From assembly GCA_010909165.1 (NCBI GenBank), contig VJWM01000282.1:72001-136000 (forward strand): a DNA stretch of 64,000 bases, given 5' to 3'. A program made the translations under genes and the position numbers. Under the pieces are notes generated by a model. That model was not told the DNA's origin. It worked only from the letters and a program-made list of their open reading frames with translations, and searched no databases. Numbering within the stretch: the first letter of the stretch is position 1; each line of letters starts with the position of its first letter. This document shows positions 46,161-57,696 of this stretch, piece after piece. The stretch comes from Anthoceros angustus (lineage: Eukaryota > Plantae > Anthocerotophyta).

Positions 46161-48909
46161 TACGAGTGATAAGTGTGGTCATCGCTGATTAGGTCCCACT
46201 TGTTATAATGAGGAGTTGAGACATAAGGGAAGGCGATGAGGTGGCAAACTTTGAATGGCGCACGGGCGCATGGCGTATCGGCATCGCATCGATGCGGAGA
46301 CATGGCCTATTACTTGCGGCATCACCGCTGTGTTACTTCCACTTGCATCTTTTCAATCGTCACCTTGCGGTTGCAATCTTTTGTCTCGGTTCGCTCCTGC
46401 TCGCTTTCGACTTTCGCGGTTACAAAGATGGTGTGGGACGTGGACTTGAGGATTTGGCCGTCCGCCAAGCGCACTTCAACGCCGTGACACACCCGCCGGT
46501 GAAGATGGCGTTCGCAGATCAAAGGAGGGCGTCCGCCGTCTGAGGCGATGCAATGGCGACTATGGCGGCGGCTGGTGGTGGGCAAGCACGCGAGTGAAAG
46601 GGACCACGTCGCGGCACTGGTCATGTCACGGCTCGGTGGGAAGCAGCGGGAGGTGGAAACGGTGGGTGGACCCATAGAGGCTCCATCCGAGACGGCAGCG
46701 GAGAGGGCGTGGCGGAGGGTGGCAGTGACAACAGACACAGGGAGCGCCACCATGAAGATGGGCAAGTGTCCCTTCCAAGGTTGCGGAGGCGGTGATGGCG
46801 ATGCCCGGCAAGTTGCCCCGCCGAGGGTGGGGATGGGAAGGAAGATGCTTCCACCATCAACCCCCTGGGAGGGAGCGCACCGCTCCTATGGGCGATTCTT
46901 GGCTGCTCCGGAGGGTTTTGGTCCTGAGTGGCGGAGGTGGCCCTTCCGTGGAGCGGTGGGCTGGTCCTCGGATGAGCGAACATCGGTCCCCCGCCCTTGT
47001 GGCATGGATGCCCCAGCAAGTGCGCCCGGGGCCGCCCATCCCTCCCGAGCGGGGACCACTTGCCTATGCCGACGGCAATGCGAGCGAGGTGCACGCGAGC
47101 CAAGGGAGGAAGGGCATGCTCCGACCTCCACCGTGAAACAAGGATGTGGGAGATGAGGACAGGGTTGAGGGCAAGCCGGCCGGAGGCCGAGGCACTCGAG
47201 GCGGATGGAAATGGCGAGGACAATTGCGAGGATGAGGCCGAGGTGGGTGACATGGAAGAACGGGTGGCAGGGCGACGTCCCACCACAACTCCGGCGAGAT
47301 AGGAGAACTCACCACAGCGGGCGGTAAGCAACTCGGCAGCGTCATTCTTTGTGTGTCCAGCTCCACAGGCGGGAGGAGTGTTTATGGTCGGCCGCTGTGC
47401 GATGGAGGTTGGGTCGAAAATGAGGATCAGGTGATGCGGTGGAGGATGAAGAAGGATGAGGAGGGCCTTCCATCCGTGTCTTGGAGCTAGTGTGTGCGAA
47501 GATGGCGTTGATGGTGTGGACAAGCCATGACGAGTCCGAGGGAGGTGAGTATGGTAGAGATTGAGTTTCCGTGTCGAGGATGAGATTGTGGCGAGGTTTG
47601 CGGGTGCATCACGGACAAGGAACCAGCGTAGGAAGAAGGTGAGGCAAGCTGCATTGATATGGAGGGAGAAGGGTAAGGATGCGGCTCCAATCATCGGGAC
47701 CAACCTTTGGCACTAGGCGAAGATTTTGAAGAAGTTGGGTACAGCGGTGGGGAGGGCGCAAGCGGTGGGGAGGCTGCGGTGAGCGTGAGGGCGGGCTTGG
47801 AGAACATGCGGAGTATTGGAGAGGTAAGGGAAAAGGCATGGCGGTGGGTGAGAGGGCAAGTGGGCGAGGCAACGCTTGTCGTGATGTGATCACTGGAGTG
47901 GCATGTGCGGGATGCTTGGAGGCAGGGAATGCAAGAGGAAGCAATGGGAGGCGAGGGACATGCAAAGGCGTTGAAGAGGGTGGGGGGACAACGAGGGAGA
48001 GGGAGGAAGGCTTGCTGGTGGGCAGGAAGAAGGGGGACAACAAGTGGAAGTGGTGGCACCGACACGGAGGATCACACGGGCGTGTCGAAAAGTGTAAGTG
48101 CAAATGTGTAACATGTCATGCAAATGGCGATGCAATGGGCGAAATCGGCTTTGCTTTGTTGCAGCCCATGGTGGTCGTAAAGAAGGAAGCGTGGAAGGAT
48201 GTGTGGGAAAGCCTTGAGCAGGCGTGAGCAAGGAAGAGAAAGCGGGCACCAAGCATGACACCAACAAGCAAAGGAAGAAAGCGGGTTCTACACGGAAGAA
48301 GAAGAAGAATCCTCCACGAGGACAACCAATGAGTGTAGGGTGTCGCAAGAAGCCTAAGTAGCATAGGATTTAGTTTTATGTAGGAAGAAAGTGAGGGCTT
48401 CGAGTTAGCGCCATCTAGATGAATGTGTGGTTCGAGCGTGGTGATGTGAAGGCGAAAGGGAGAAGCTTGTGGCTGCCCGAATCGATGACTCAAGAATGTA
48501 GACAATTGTGACATTCGCTTTTGTGACACAAGCGAAATTCTAGGTGTGGGTTGAAATCGATTGCTAGGTTTCTTGCATGTGTGAAAAAACGACCAGGCGG
48601 GTTGGGGAAAGCGTCACGCCATTGCTCATGGGTACCGGACAAAAGCATGGGATTAGTCCTCATGTACCACCCTTTCCCAATTTCGTGACATCAAGGTATG
48701 TATGTATAAAGGAACCTAGTTGTCCATGCACTGCGTTGGTGGAGTGGAGGCAGATGGTGACGAACAAGCGGTCGTGTTCGAAGCCGCTTAAGTCAAACGA
48801 TTTTGCAAGCAAGAACAAGAGAATAGAGGCGATTGCAATGCGGATAGCCGGCCAGATGAGATATACATGTCTGGAAATAAAAATTAATCCGGTGTTCATG
48901 TACAAATAC

Positions 48910-49170
48910 CTACCTACAAGTAGGTATGCGTATGAAGGTAAATCCGTATCTACAAGTAGGTACTATGCGTATGAAGGTAATGTGTATTCTATCTCTACCG
49001 ATATCGAAAAAGCCATAAACAATAGTATACAAGCCAATAATAGCTATGGTAAGCCATAAACAATTAGTATACAAGCCAATAATAGCTATGGTAGGGAAAA
49101 AGGTTGATATAGGAATTATGGTCATCGGTGGTAGAGGAAGGAGACAATTAATGAGAGACAATTAATGAGC
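48910..49170. repeat. Short tandem duplications near the CACTA right end
   Basis: ACAAGTAGGT..TATGCGTATGAAGGTAA x2, AAGCCATAAACAATAGTATACAAGCCAATAATAGCTATGGTA x2, and GAGACAATTAATGAG x2. Confidence 0.85.
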
Positions 49171-49479
49171 ATGTTATGTGATATCCGGTTTGGGCGCCAT
49201 TAACAATAGTTGTGAAGAGAGTGCAATGAAGAGCAATAGGAAAAACATTAACTAATTGTACTTCCAATGGGGTGTAATAAAGAGGGGATAGAGAGAGAGA
49301 GGGTCCTTATTACGTCATGTTGCATTTGCATGAGGGAATTCATAAACAATGCGTATGAGAGAGGGGATGTAGTTAAGAGGGTGAAGTGGTAGGAGAGAGA
49401 GCAAGGTTCGTGTTAAGATTGTAGGCCCAATGCGGAAAGAAATGACAAACTTAATACCAAGCCTCCAAATGATGTTGCA

Positions 49480-49537
49480 AGTTACAAGTGTAACATAAAA
49501 ATTGCAACAAGTAACATAGAGGCCATTTCTAGTAGGG
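49480..49537. repeat. CACTA right subterminal repeats and TIR
   Basis: TGTTGCAAGTTACAAGTGTAACA...TTGCAACAAGTAACATAGAGGCCATTTCTAGTAGGG. Confidence 0.9.
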
Positions 49538-49540
49538 TGA

Positions 49541-50314
49541 GATGGCCTGCTCCAAGTTGGTTTACCTTTGGCATTACATCCTTTCGTATAAGAACTCTGT
49601 TTTTAGTTTTACCACCATCTGAAATGGATGTCAGCACCTTTGCTCCTCTTGCGGAGGCCCCAATCACATCGTGAGGCGATGCAGGGTGCTAGTCCACAGC
49701 CACGCCTTGTCTGCTGCGTATGGAAGCAAGCCGAAACAAAGGTCAGTAGCTTGCGGGTAAGTGGGTAAGGGCCACAGCTGCGTCCAACTCCGGTGAGACG
49801 AGGTTCAGAGTTGAGCCCGATTGTGCCAGCGAAGACGAAGGTCCAACCTTCGCCTTCTTTAAGCCTCATGGAAAAACAGTTCTCACAGGATAGCACTTTG
49901 CGGGTAAGAATATTCTTAGCTTCATAAGTCTGCAACAGTTGAATCCAGATCTCATTCGAATTTTGCAGATAAGCTATATCAGGCAGGAGAACTTCTTCCA
50001 GGCCGCTAATCAAAACTGCATGAGCGACATGATTCAGGTTCTCCCATTTTTCGATTTCATCCGCTGGAGCTGTTAAGGCTGGTTTAGGAAATGTGCCACT
50101 AACAACTCCCCACACGTGCCGGGCTTGCAGGGCAGCTGTCATGCGCACACGCCATCCATGGAACTTGGAGCCATTAAACCTGTCACGCTCTTTAAATTCC
50201 ATTGAGTAGGATGGCTGAGGTATAACAGGCACTGGAGGAAGGGGAGGTGAATTATCCTCCTACACCACCTCCTCCTGCACCTCCTCCACCCCCACCTCCT
50301 CCTCCTTTAGCCAT
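49541..50314 (-). pseudogene. gag: Copia-1 gag N-terminal part
   Basis: ORF 49609-50232 contains FKERDRFNGSKFHGWRVRMTAALQARHVWGVVSG...EIEKWENLNHVAHAVLISGL...SNEIWIQLLQTYE...RLKEGE (Retrotran_gag_2/UBN2 pattern). Probable ATG at 50314. Confidence 0.92.
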
Positions 50315-50798
50315 TCTAACTTACTTTGATGAGATTATCAGGTGCTCACGGGTGATCAAGCCGATTGCACAAGGTACTCTTCTCGAAGTAGGTTGAAATC
50401 TTGAGGGAAAGGCGATGGGTAGCAGAAAATAAGGAACAAAGAAAGGTCGGAGAAGAGGTAAGGGCCGAAAGTCAGATGCCCCCAGACACCATGATTTGTG
50501 TCGGTTGGCGGTTAAGTGCTGACGTGGGGTGGGTGTACACGTCGTTTTGTGGTCGGCGTCCTAGTGACGCTTCTTGCACGGGCGTACACCTCAATGCGAG
50601 GCGCCTCATGCCGGGGAGGCGCAGCGACACAAGCAGCGCGCCCTCCTCCCACTTGGCCACGGCAGCTTGAGATCTAGGCTTGTCATGAAAGGGAGGCCAT
50701 CTTTGAAGCAACTCTGGCGGAAGGATGGGCTCAAAATTCAATGCCGCTATTCGGGTCACCAACTGCGTGAGCTCTCAACATCCTCATTTAATGATGTC

Positions 50799-53700
50799 TG
50801 TGGGAGGGAAAACCCGGGGCTTCAAGGCTTCCCCTCTAGCGCCACACTTATCCTAATCGCCGCTCAGACGTTGGGTTTCATTCCCATGAGACGTGTGAAA
50901 GTTCGAGGTCTTGTGATAACCGATCGCCACACGCAGACACACTTCTCACCTTCTAACAAGCAAGGCGCCTCTACTCTCCTCTACAGCACTGCACCACTTG
51001 ACGCCTCAAAATCACCAATCCTCGACCTACAACGACACACAATTGCAGTGTCCCGCCTTAGCAATGAGGAGCCTATCACGGCGCCTGTGGACCCCACCAC
51101 ACCGCACCTCGTCCCTACTTCTAAGACCACTCTTCCACCTGTGGAGCGCCTTTACTTGCAGATTTGGGATTCCCTTAGGCTCGCCTGTGGCCTTCCACTA
51201 ACACCTACACTCTAATCCTCTACTCATCTTCTCATCCTCTTCCTCCTATTCTAACCTCGATTCGGGCTTCTTGGCTTCGGCTCGCCCTTCGCTGGCTGCA
51301 CAGGTCGGCCTCCACCAGCAAGTTCTTCCTTGGGCGGTTGCTATGAGTTTGACACAGACGTGAACCTCCGGTCTTTCACGTAGTCTACCCTCAAGCCGAG
51401 TTCACAGGCATTGCCACACACCCAAAGCAATTTCACGGCAACCATTCACAAGCAACTCGTTTAGGCACTTGCGGTGAGCAAGTCCTCCACCAACACTCAG
51501 GCCATGACTTCCTCTCTACGACTGCGTTGGCTCACGGTACGAAATTCCTTTACAAGCAAAGGACTCGGTATGGGCGCAAGGCGTGATACTTTGTGAAATC
51601 CTCCTCCTCTTATAGGAGGCCTTCCCTCAACCTCCCTTGGGTGACCCTCTGCGGTCACCTTTTCCAATATTCTATTATTTCCTACATGACATTTAATAGG
51701 CTCTAAGTCTCTTGTATGATCCTTGGTAAATTCTATTCTAGTAACTTCACCTAATCATCCTTAAGGATGTCTCTACACCACCTATCCTTCCGTTCCCCAA
51801 AGCTCATTTATGGTCATTGACCATTCTTAGTCCTTATCTTCTTTGGGGTGGTGACAGCGTGCCTTGATTGGCTCCCTCGCCCTCCTTTTGCTCTGTCCCT
51901 TCCCGGATCTTGTCGTCTTCCTATGTGGGGCAAGTACAATCTGCCCCTTCCTCCACTCCAGCGCCCTCTCATCATTGGCAATCGCCCCCCCCTCGCGCTG
52001 GCGCCCTTTTCTCCTTCCGCGCTGGTCGCGCCATCACCCCGCGGTAGTGGCGGACTACGGGGTGACGACTACCATGGTGATGCGTACCTATCTCCTTCTT
52101 CTCCTTCCTCCTCGGTGATGGCTCCACGGGTTGAGATCCTTTTGCTCCTTTCCTTGTTTGGTTTGTCCATACCTATCATGGAGCATGTCTTCAAAGATCT
52201 TCTCCCATTCGACCGATGTTGTACTAACTCCTGGGCCTTCTTGCGTTGGTCTCCTCTCTCACTCCTCCCTTATCGTGGGGTGAGAACTTCTCACCCTCCC
52301 CTTCCTCGTCTGGGACCCCGTCCTTGTCTCCGGTGGGGTTGTCTCTCACCACCTCCTCCTCCGGGTGTCCTGGACCCCTCCTTCATCCTCGGCCGCCTCG
52401 GGGCGGCTCCTCCCAGCTCGCGGCACCTACCTACCAGTCTGGACTACGGCGTGGGGTGGACTACTGATGATCGGGACTCGTGGTAGGGTGACCCCAGGCG
52501 GTGGGTCCCCCTCCTTGCTCTCACGCCATCTTCCTCTTGGCGCTTGCGCTCTCCTCATCTCCTCCTCAGTTCCTCGGAGTCCATGTGATGGCCTCATCAA
52601 AATCGGGGCCTCACTGCACTGCTGACTCCTTCTGTCATCATCATGAGGACCCAATGTCCTCCTCTTGGCCAAGCCAATCTCATTGTTGGCCTTCAAAATT
52701 CTATTGTGGAGTGGGCCCCTATGTAATCTGCATTTGGAGATCATCAATCTCAGTGGGCCACTCTCCATCCTCACACCTACCCTTGTAGGCGTCCCTTGAG
52801 GTGGTCAACCTCCCACCTTGACATGGAGGTCACATTCTCCTCCTTGCTTCCTCATGGTTGGCCAATTTGCTTGAAGGGCATAATCCGCCAAAATCTTCTC
52901 TTCTCACCACCAGCATTCATGCACCACTTCTTGTGGTACTCCTCCTCTGGACCTCCTTCCTCCCGGTCCAAGTTGTTGGGCAAGCCCTCCTTTTGCACAG
53001 CCCTTCTCGCTCCGGCTCCAATTCTTTGGTCTTGAGTTTGCTCGGCGCTTCTCTCCAAATTATCGGGTTTTCTCAATTCCTCATGTCCGGATTTTGATGG
53101 CTTGGGTGGCCATCACACACTCTTCGTCCATTTGTTGGACCGCTACCTTCTCCCTTCCCAAAGCCTCCATTTTGCCCTTCCGCTCTTGCTCCAATTGGGC
53201 AAAATGTTCCTCCGCCTTCTGTTTCCACGAATCTTGTTGGGTTGTTGCCCGAATGGCTCTCTCCTCGGTTTGTGACAACCTCCCCTCTAGGACCTTCTAC
53301 GCTCTCCGCTGGTCCACAAGATCCCGCTGGAGTTTCTCCACAGCCTTCTCCAACTTGGCTGGCTTCTCATCGGACTCCATGGCCTCCAGCTGCCACTTGG
53401 TCCCTGCCCTCCTTTCGGTCATCTCTTGGGCCTTGACTTCCTCCTGACATGCCCACAAAGAGGCTGCTAGTTCCCTAGCCCCCTTCAAATCCAGTGCTTC
53501 ACAAGCACTTCGGCAATCTCTAGGGCCCAAATTTTGCCCTATGGCTTCTTCTTTGAAATCTTGGGCTCCCTTGCGCCCGGGCCGCCATGCAGTGGGGTCC
53601 CCTCACGTCGCCCCATCCGCTCTCCCCAGTAGCGGAGATGGCGGCTGGGCGCCTTGGCGCCTCATGTTTCTCCTTCCCCTTCTGGCGTAGGGCTGCTCTG

Positions 53701-54305
53701 GCGTGGGTGCCTGAGTGGTAGGCTGCTCCCCTGATGGTCAGCCTACCTACCATGGTGGTGGCCTGATGCTGCACTTGGGTGGGCGCCTCTCTGGGTAGGG
53801 CATAGGCCTCTTCCTAGGCACCACGAGATGGTGGGGACTCCACCACGGGGCATCACCCTCTGTGGTCCCCTCTCATAGACCACCACGGCCCTCCTGGCCG
53901 GATCTTGTTCCTCTTCTTCTCCTCGTTGCTCTTGGGAAGGAAAGATTTCCCATTAAGCAACCTGTTGCCTCACTCCTCACTTGCCTGTGCGCTTGTAGTC
54001 GCCCCATTGTTTTCCTCAAAGCAAAAGGCAAGGGCCTTTCCAAGCTTGGCTGGAGGTGGATTATTTCCGATGGATGCCAAGCATCCTCCAGCTCCTTGCT
54101 GGTGAGGAGCCCCTCGGTCTCCCACAAGTGCACCAAGTAGGTGCTAAGATAAAAGGGCTTGGCCCTTCCTCATCCACCGAATTCGGCCGAAGGAGCTTTT
54201 CCCTGTGGTGTATGTAAGCCTCATACATGATCGTCCCCAATCCTTGCTCCTCTTGAAATCTTCCCAAGCGGAAGTGGTCTTTGGTAAGAGGTTGGAATTC
54301 ACCAA
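50799..54305. mobile_element. Element A copy 3 (left ~3.5 kb, right-truncated)
   Basis: Starts TGTGGGAGGGAAAACCCGGGG and is colinear with 10233-13700. Confidence 0.85.
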
Positions 54306-54307
54306 TC

Positions 54308-57300
54308 TAACACAATCTTGAGGAACATGCGAGAATTTTGAGAAGCAGGCTGGAGTTGCGAGTTGTTGTTAGGAAGGCAACGAGGATATCCGGGGAAAAG
54401 AAGCGGGTCAAAAGACCCCGAATGGCGGTCAAAAAGCGGTGGTGGCGGACTACGTAGTGAGCTACCCTCGCCGATAAATTTGAAAACCAGACTACCATGG
54501 TGGTGGCGGACTTCTGATGAATCTCTCGTCGGGAAAGAATTAGAATAAAGGGGAATATTCACTATATATGCTCATCCATAGGAGGACAAGTAACTAGAGT
54601 AATTAGGCGCGATTAATTAGGGGCAGCGACTAGGATAGGAAATAGGCAGTTTAGATAGAATTAGGATTTTTGCAATGATGAACCAAATCTAGGGTTGTGT
54701 AGCCTCCGGTGGCAGTCATCCAAAGAAGGCAAAGTGCAGCTTGGGCAGCGCCAACTCTCTCTTGACGAGGCCTCACTTGGCGGAGGCAGAGGCGGCTGGC
54801 GTAAGAAAAGAAGGAAGGTGCCATCACCGTGTCGCCATCGCCACACGCAATGAGGGCAGTCTGGAGTGAAGGAGAAACCCTAGGCGAGGAAAGGAGAAGA
54901 GGCGGTGGCAGCGCTCGAACAAGCTCTTGAACACGGAGGGCACATTAAAGTGCTGAAGGGGTCAAGGCAGGGCGCGAGGTTGGGGCTAGGCGGCGCAAGG
55001 TGGAAGAGATTGAGAGTGGAAGGAGAAGAATCGCGACCACCTGCCGGCGGCGCCTTGCCCTGGGAGGAGAAATCAAGAGGGAAATCGGCATGCCAGGAAG
55101 GCTCAACAGGGCTAGCGTGTACTTGTGCCTCGGTTGGGTTTCTTTTGTGACAAGGAAAGGGTTTGGAAGTGAAGCTTGGAGCCCACAACGCTGAGAGTTG
55201 GGAGTAATTCTCTTCGTTTGAAGCACTTGGAGAGGAACCAGGCACCATGCCTCGAGCAGGGAAGGGCAAGGCGAAGGAGCCGCCTGGCAAGGGCTCTACC
55301 TCGCGAGGAGGAAAGGGCAAAAAGCCGGCAGCAGGGGCTGCGCCACCAGAAGGAGGCGAGCTTGTAATGCCTCAATTCACTTGCTTTGCTGGGCAGCTTA
55401 ACCCCAGAGATTTGGTTGATTTCCGGCAATGGGCGGAAGAAGAGAACATTCAATTGGGATGGGTGTATGGCCGCCAATGGGCCTACACCAATTTTGAATC
55501 AATCTTCATCAATCGAGCCCTTTGGTTCTGGGAAGGAATGCTCGAGCGGATCATTGCTTGGACCGTAAGGCATTCGCAGTGTATGGAGACGGAGGAGGAG
55601 AGCTGGAATTGCTCTCCTCGAAAGGACAACGGAGGAAAGTTGCCCTCAGAATTCAGGAGGTCCTCGATATGATGGACGGAGGAGTGAAGGCCCATGCCAA
55701 GAATGGTTGGAAATGTAGCATCAAGGAGTCAAGTGGAGGCTCTTTGCAAAGATTGTGTTGGTTGTGAATTACCAACGGACTCTTATTTCAGCACCAACTT
55801 CCTCCGTGGAAGATTTCAGGAGCCAAGCCGATTGGGGACAATCATGTATGAAGGCCTACATCCACCACCGAGAAGCTCCTCAAGCCAAATCGGTGGATGA
55901 GGAAGGCCAAGGCCCTCGTACCTTAGCACCTATTTGGTGCATTTGTGGGAAACGAGGGACTTCTCACAAGCAAGGAGTTGAAGATGCTTGGCATCCTTCG
56001 AGATAATTCATCTCCACCCGGCTTGAAGGCCTTGCCTTTGCATTGAGGAAGACAAGGGGAGGTCGACTCCACAAGCATGCTAGGCAAGAGAGAGGAAGGA
56101 GGCAACAAGGTTGCCGGAGTGGGAATCTTTCCCCACAGAGCAAGGGGAGAGAAGCAAGAACCGCCGAGGAAGGCCGAATGGTAGTCTATGAGAGGAGAAC
56201 CACCAGAGGGTGAGCCCAAGGTGGGGAGTCCCCACCATCTCATTTGTAGAGAGGCACTCACAGCCTCACCCCTGAGGGAGGCGCCACCCAAGGGCACCAT
56301 CAGGTAGGGCCACCACCACGGTAGGTAGGCACTCACAAGGGGAGCAGCCACCTGTAGGCAGCACCCCACGCCAGAGGCGCACCGGTAGGGTGGGGAAGGA
56401 AAGAGCGCGAGGCGGGCGGCGCCGAGGCCGCCCCACCCCGAGGAAGGGCGGATGGAGCGACGGTGAGAGGACCCCACCCCGCGATGGTCCGAGAAGGAGA
56501 GCTGGAAATTTCCAGCAAGAAGCAGAGGGGTGAATTAGGACCCCTAGGAGAATTGCCGAGTGCTTGAAGCACTCAGTGGATTTTGAAGGGGCTAGGGAGC
56601 TAGCAGCCTTGTGGGCAAAGAGGAAGTCAAGCCCAAGACATGGAGGGAAAGCAGGACCAAATGGCAATTGAGGCCATGGAGTCCGACGAAAAGGCAGCCC
56701 GGAGAAGTCAGAGAAACTCCAGGATCTTGTGACCAACAAGAGCGGAGAAGGTCCTAGAGGGAAGGTTGTCAGCATGAGGAGAGAGCCATTCGGGCAACCA
56801 CCCAACGGGATTCATGGAGATGTATATGAGGAGCATTTTGCCCAATTAGAGCAAGAGCGAAGGGCAAAAGAGTTAGGGAGAAGCGATCCAAGTGGACGAC
56901 AGAGCAGTGTGATGGCTACCCAAGCCATCAAGATCCGGACATGGAAGAGGAATTAAGGACGTCAATTTGGAAGAGAAGCGAGCTAAAGGCTCAAGACCTA
57001 CAAGCAAGAGGAGCGAGAGGGGCAAGTGAGGAGAAGGAGAACAAGCAATGGCCGAGCTGAACAAAGGAGGTTCCAAGAGGAGGAGCACCACAAGAAGGTG
57101 GTGCAGGATGCCGGTGGTGAGGAAGAGGAGATTTTGATTATGCCCTTCAGCAAATGGCCAACCAAAAGGAAGCAAGGGAGGAGAATGTGACCTCCATGTC
57201 AAGGTGGGAGAATTGACCACTCAAGGGACGCCTACAAGGGTAGGTGTGAAGATGGAGAGTGGCCCACGGAGATTGATGATCTCCAAATGCGATCAGCTTG

Positions 57301-57690
57301 GGGGCTCACCTCCATAATAGATTTTGAAGGCCAACAATGAGTCTTTGCTTAAGAGGAGGACATTGGGTCCTCATGATGATGAAGAAGGAGCTGCACAGTG
57401 TACCAGCCCTGTGACGAGGCTACAAGTGACATGGACCCGAGAACTGGGGAGTTGGAGGCGGGAGGATGCGCGCCAAGGTGAGAGCAAGGAGGGGGGACCT
57501 CATGGGGGTCACCCTACCATAGAGCCTACCAGTAGTCCGCCGATCACTGCAGGCCAACACCACGCCCAGAGTCCGACTACGGGGTAGCAACACCGCGCTG
57601 TCTGAGGAGTCGGGGCCCAGAGGCCGGGCCTAGGAGGAGCCGGGCCTAGTGGCACACCCGAATGGAAGAGGAGGTGGAGAAACAGTCCAC
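54308..57690. mobile_element. Element A copy 4, inverted and truncated at both ends
   Basis: Reverse complement of ~11780-14945. It lacks the terminal ~80 bp, so TGTGGAACG is absent. Confidence 0.85.
55247..57420 (+). pseudogene. Element A internal ORF, copy 4 (best-preserved N-terminus, ORF 55247-55672)
   Basis: MPRAGKGKAKEPPGKGSTSRGGKG...MPQFTCFAGQLNPRDLVDFRQWAEEENIQLGWVYGRQWAYTN..., followed by EEHFAQLEQERRAK coiled-coil pieces. Confidence 0.7.
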
Positions 57691-57696
57691 CGAGGA

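Larger units (their letters stand above)
25510..49537 (-). mobile_element. 24,028-bp CACTA (En/Spm) superfamily DNA transposon with CCCTA termini
   Basis: Left end is CCCTACTAGAAAGGCCGCCTATGTTAC and the reverse complement of the right end is CCCTACTAGAAATGGCCTCTATGTTAC. The 3-bp TSD is TGA (25507-25509, 49538-49540). TGTTRCA subterminal repeats and an internal Tnp2-type transposase are present. Removing the element rejoins the copia gag frame (KGKPTWSRPS|HSASTKR). Confidence 0.92.

Noticed and set aside
46621-47703. 360-aa minus-strand ORF as a real gene
   Set aside because: Pro/Ser/His-rich shadow of a purine-rich GC-rich plus strand, with no domain motif.
50252-50314. Poly-glycine peptide MAKGGGGGGGGGAGGGGVGG at the gag start
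   Set aside because: The shifted frame gives EEEVGVEEVQEEVV*EDNSPP, in frame with gag, so this is a frameshifted acidic gag N-terminus.
50470-50492. Possible Copia-1 PBS (CA|TGGTGTCTGGGGGC)
   Set aside because: Only ~7 nt match a tRNA-Leu-type 3' end from memory, and no partner LTR is available to confirm it.
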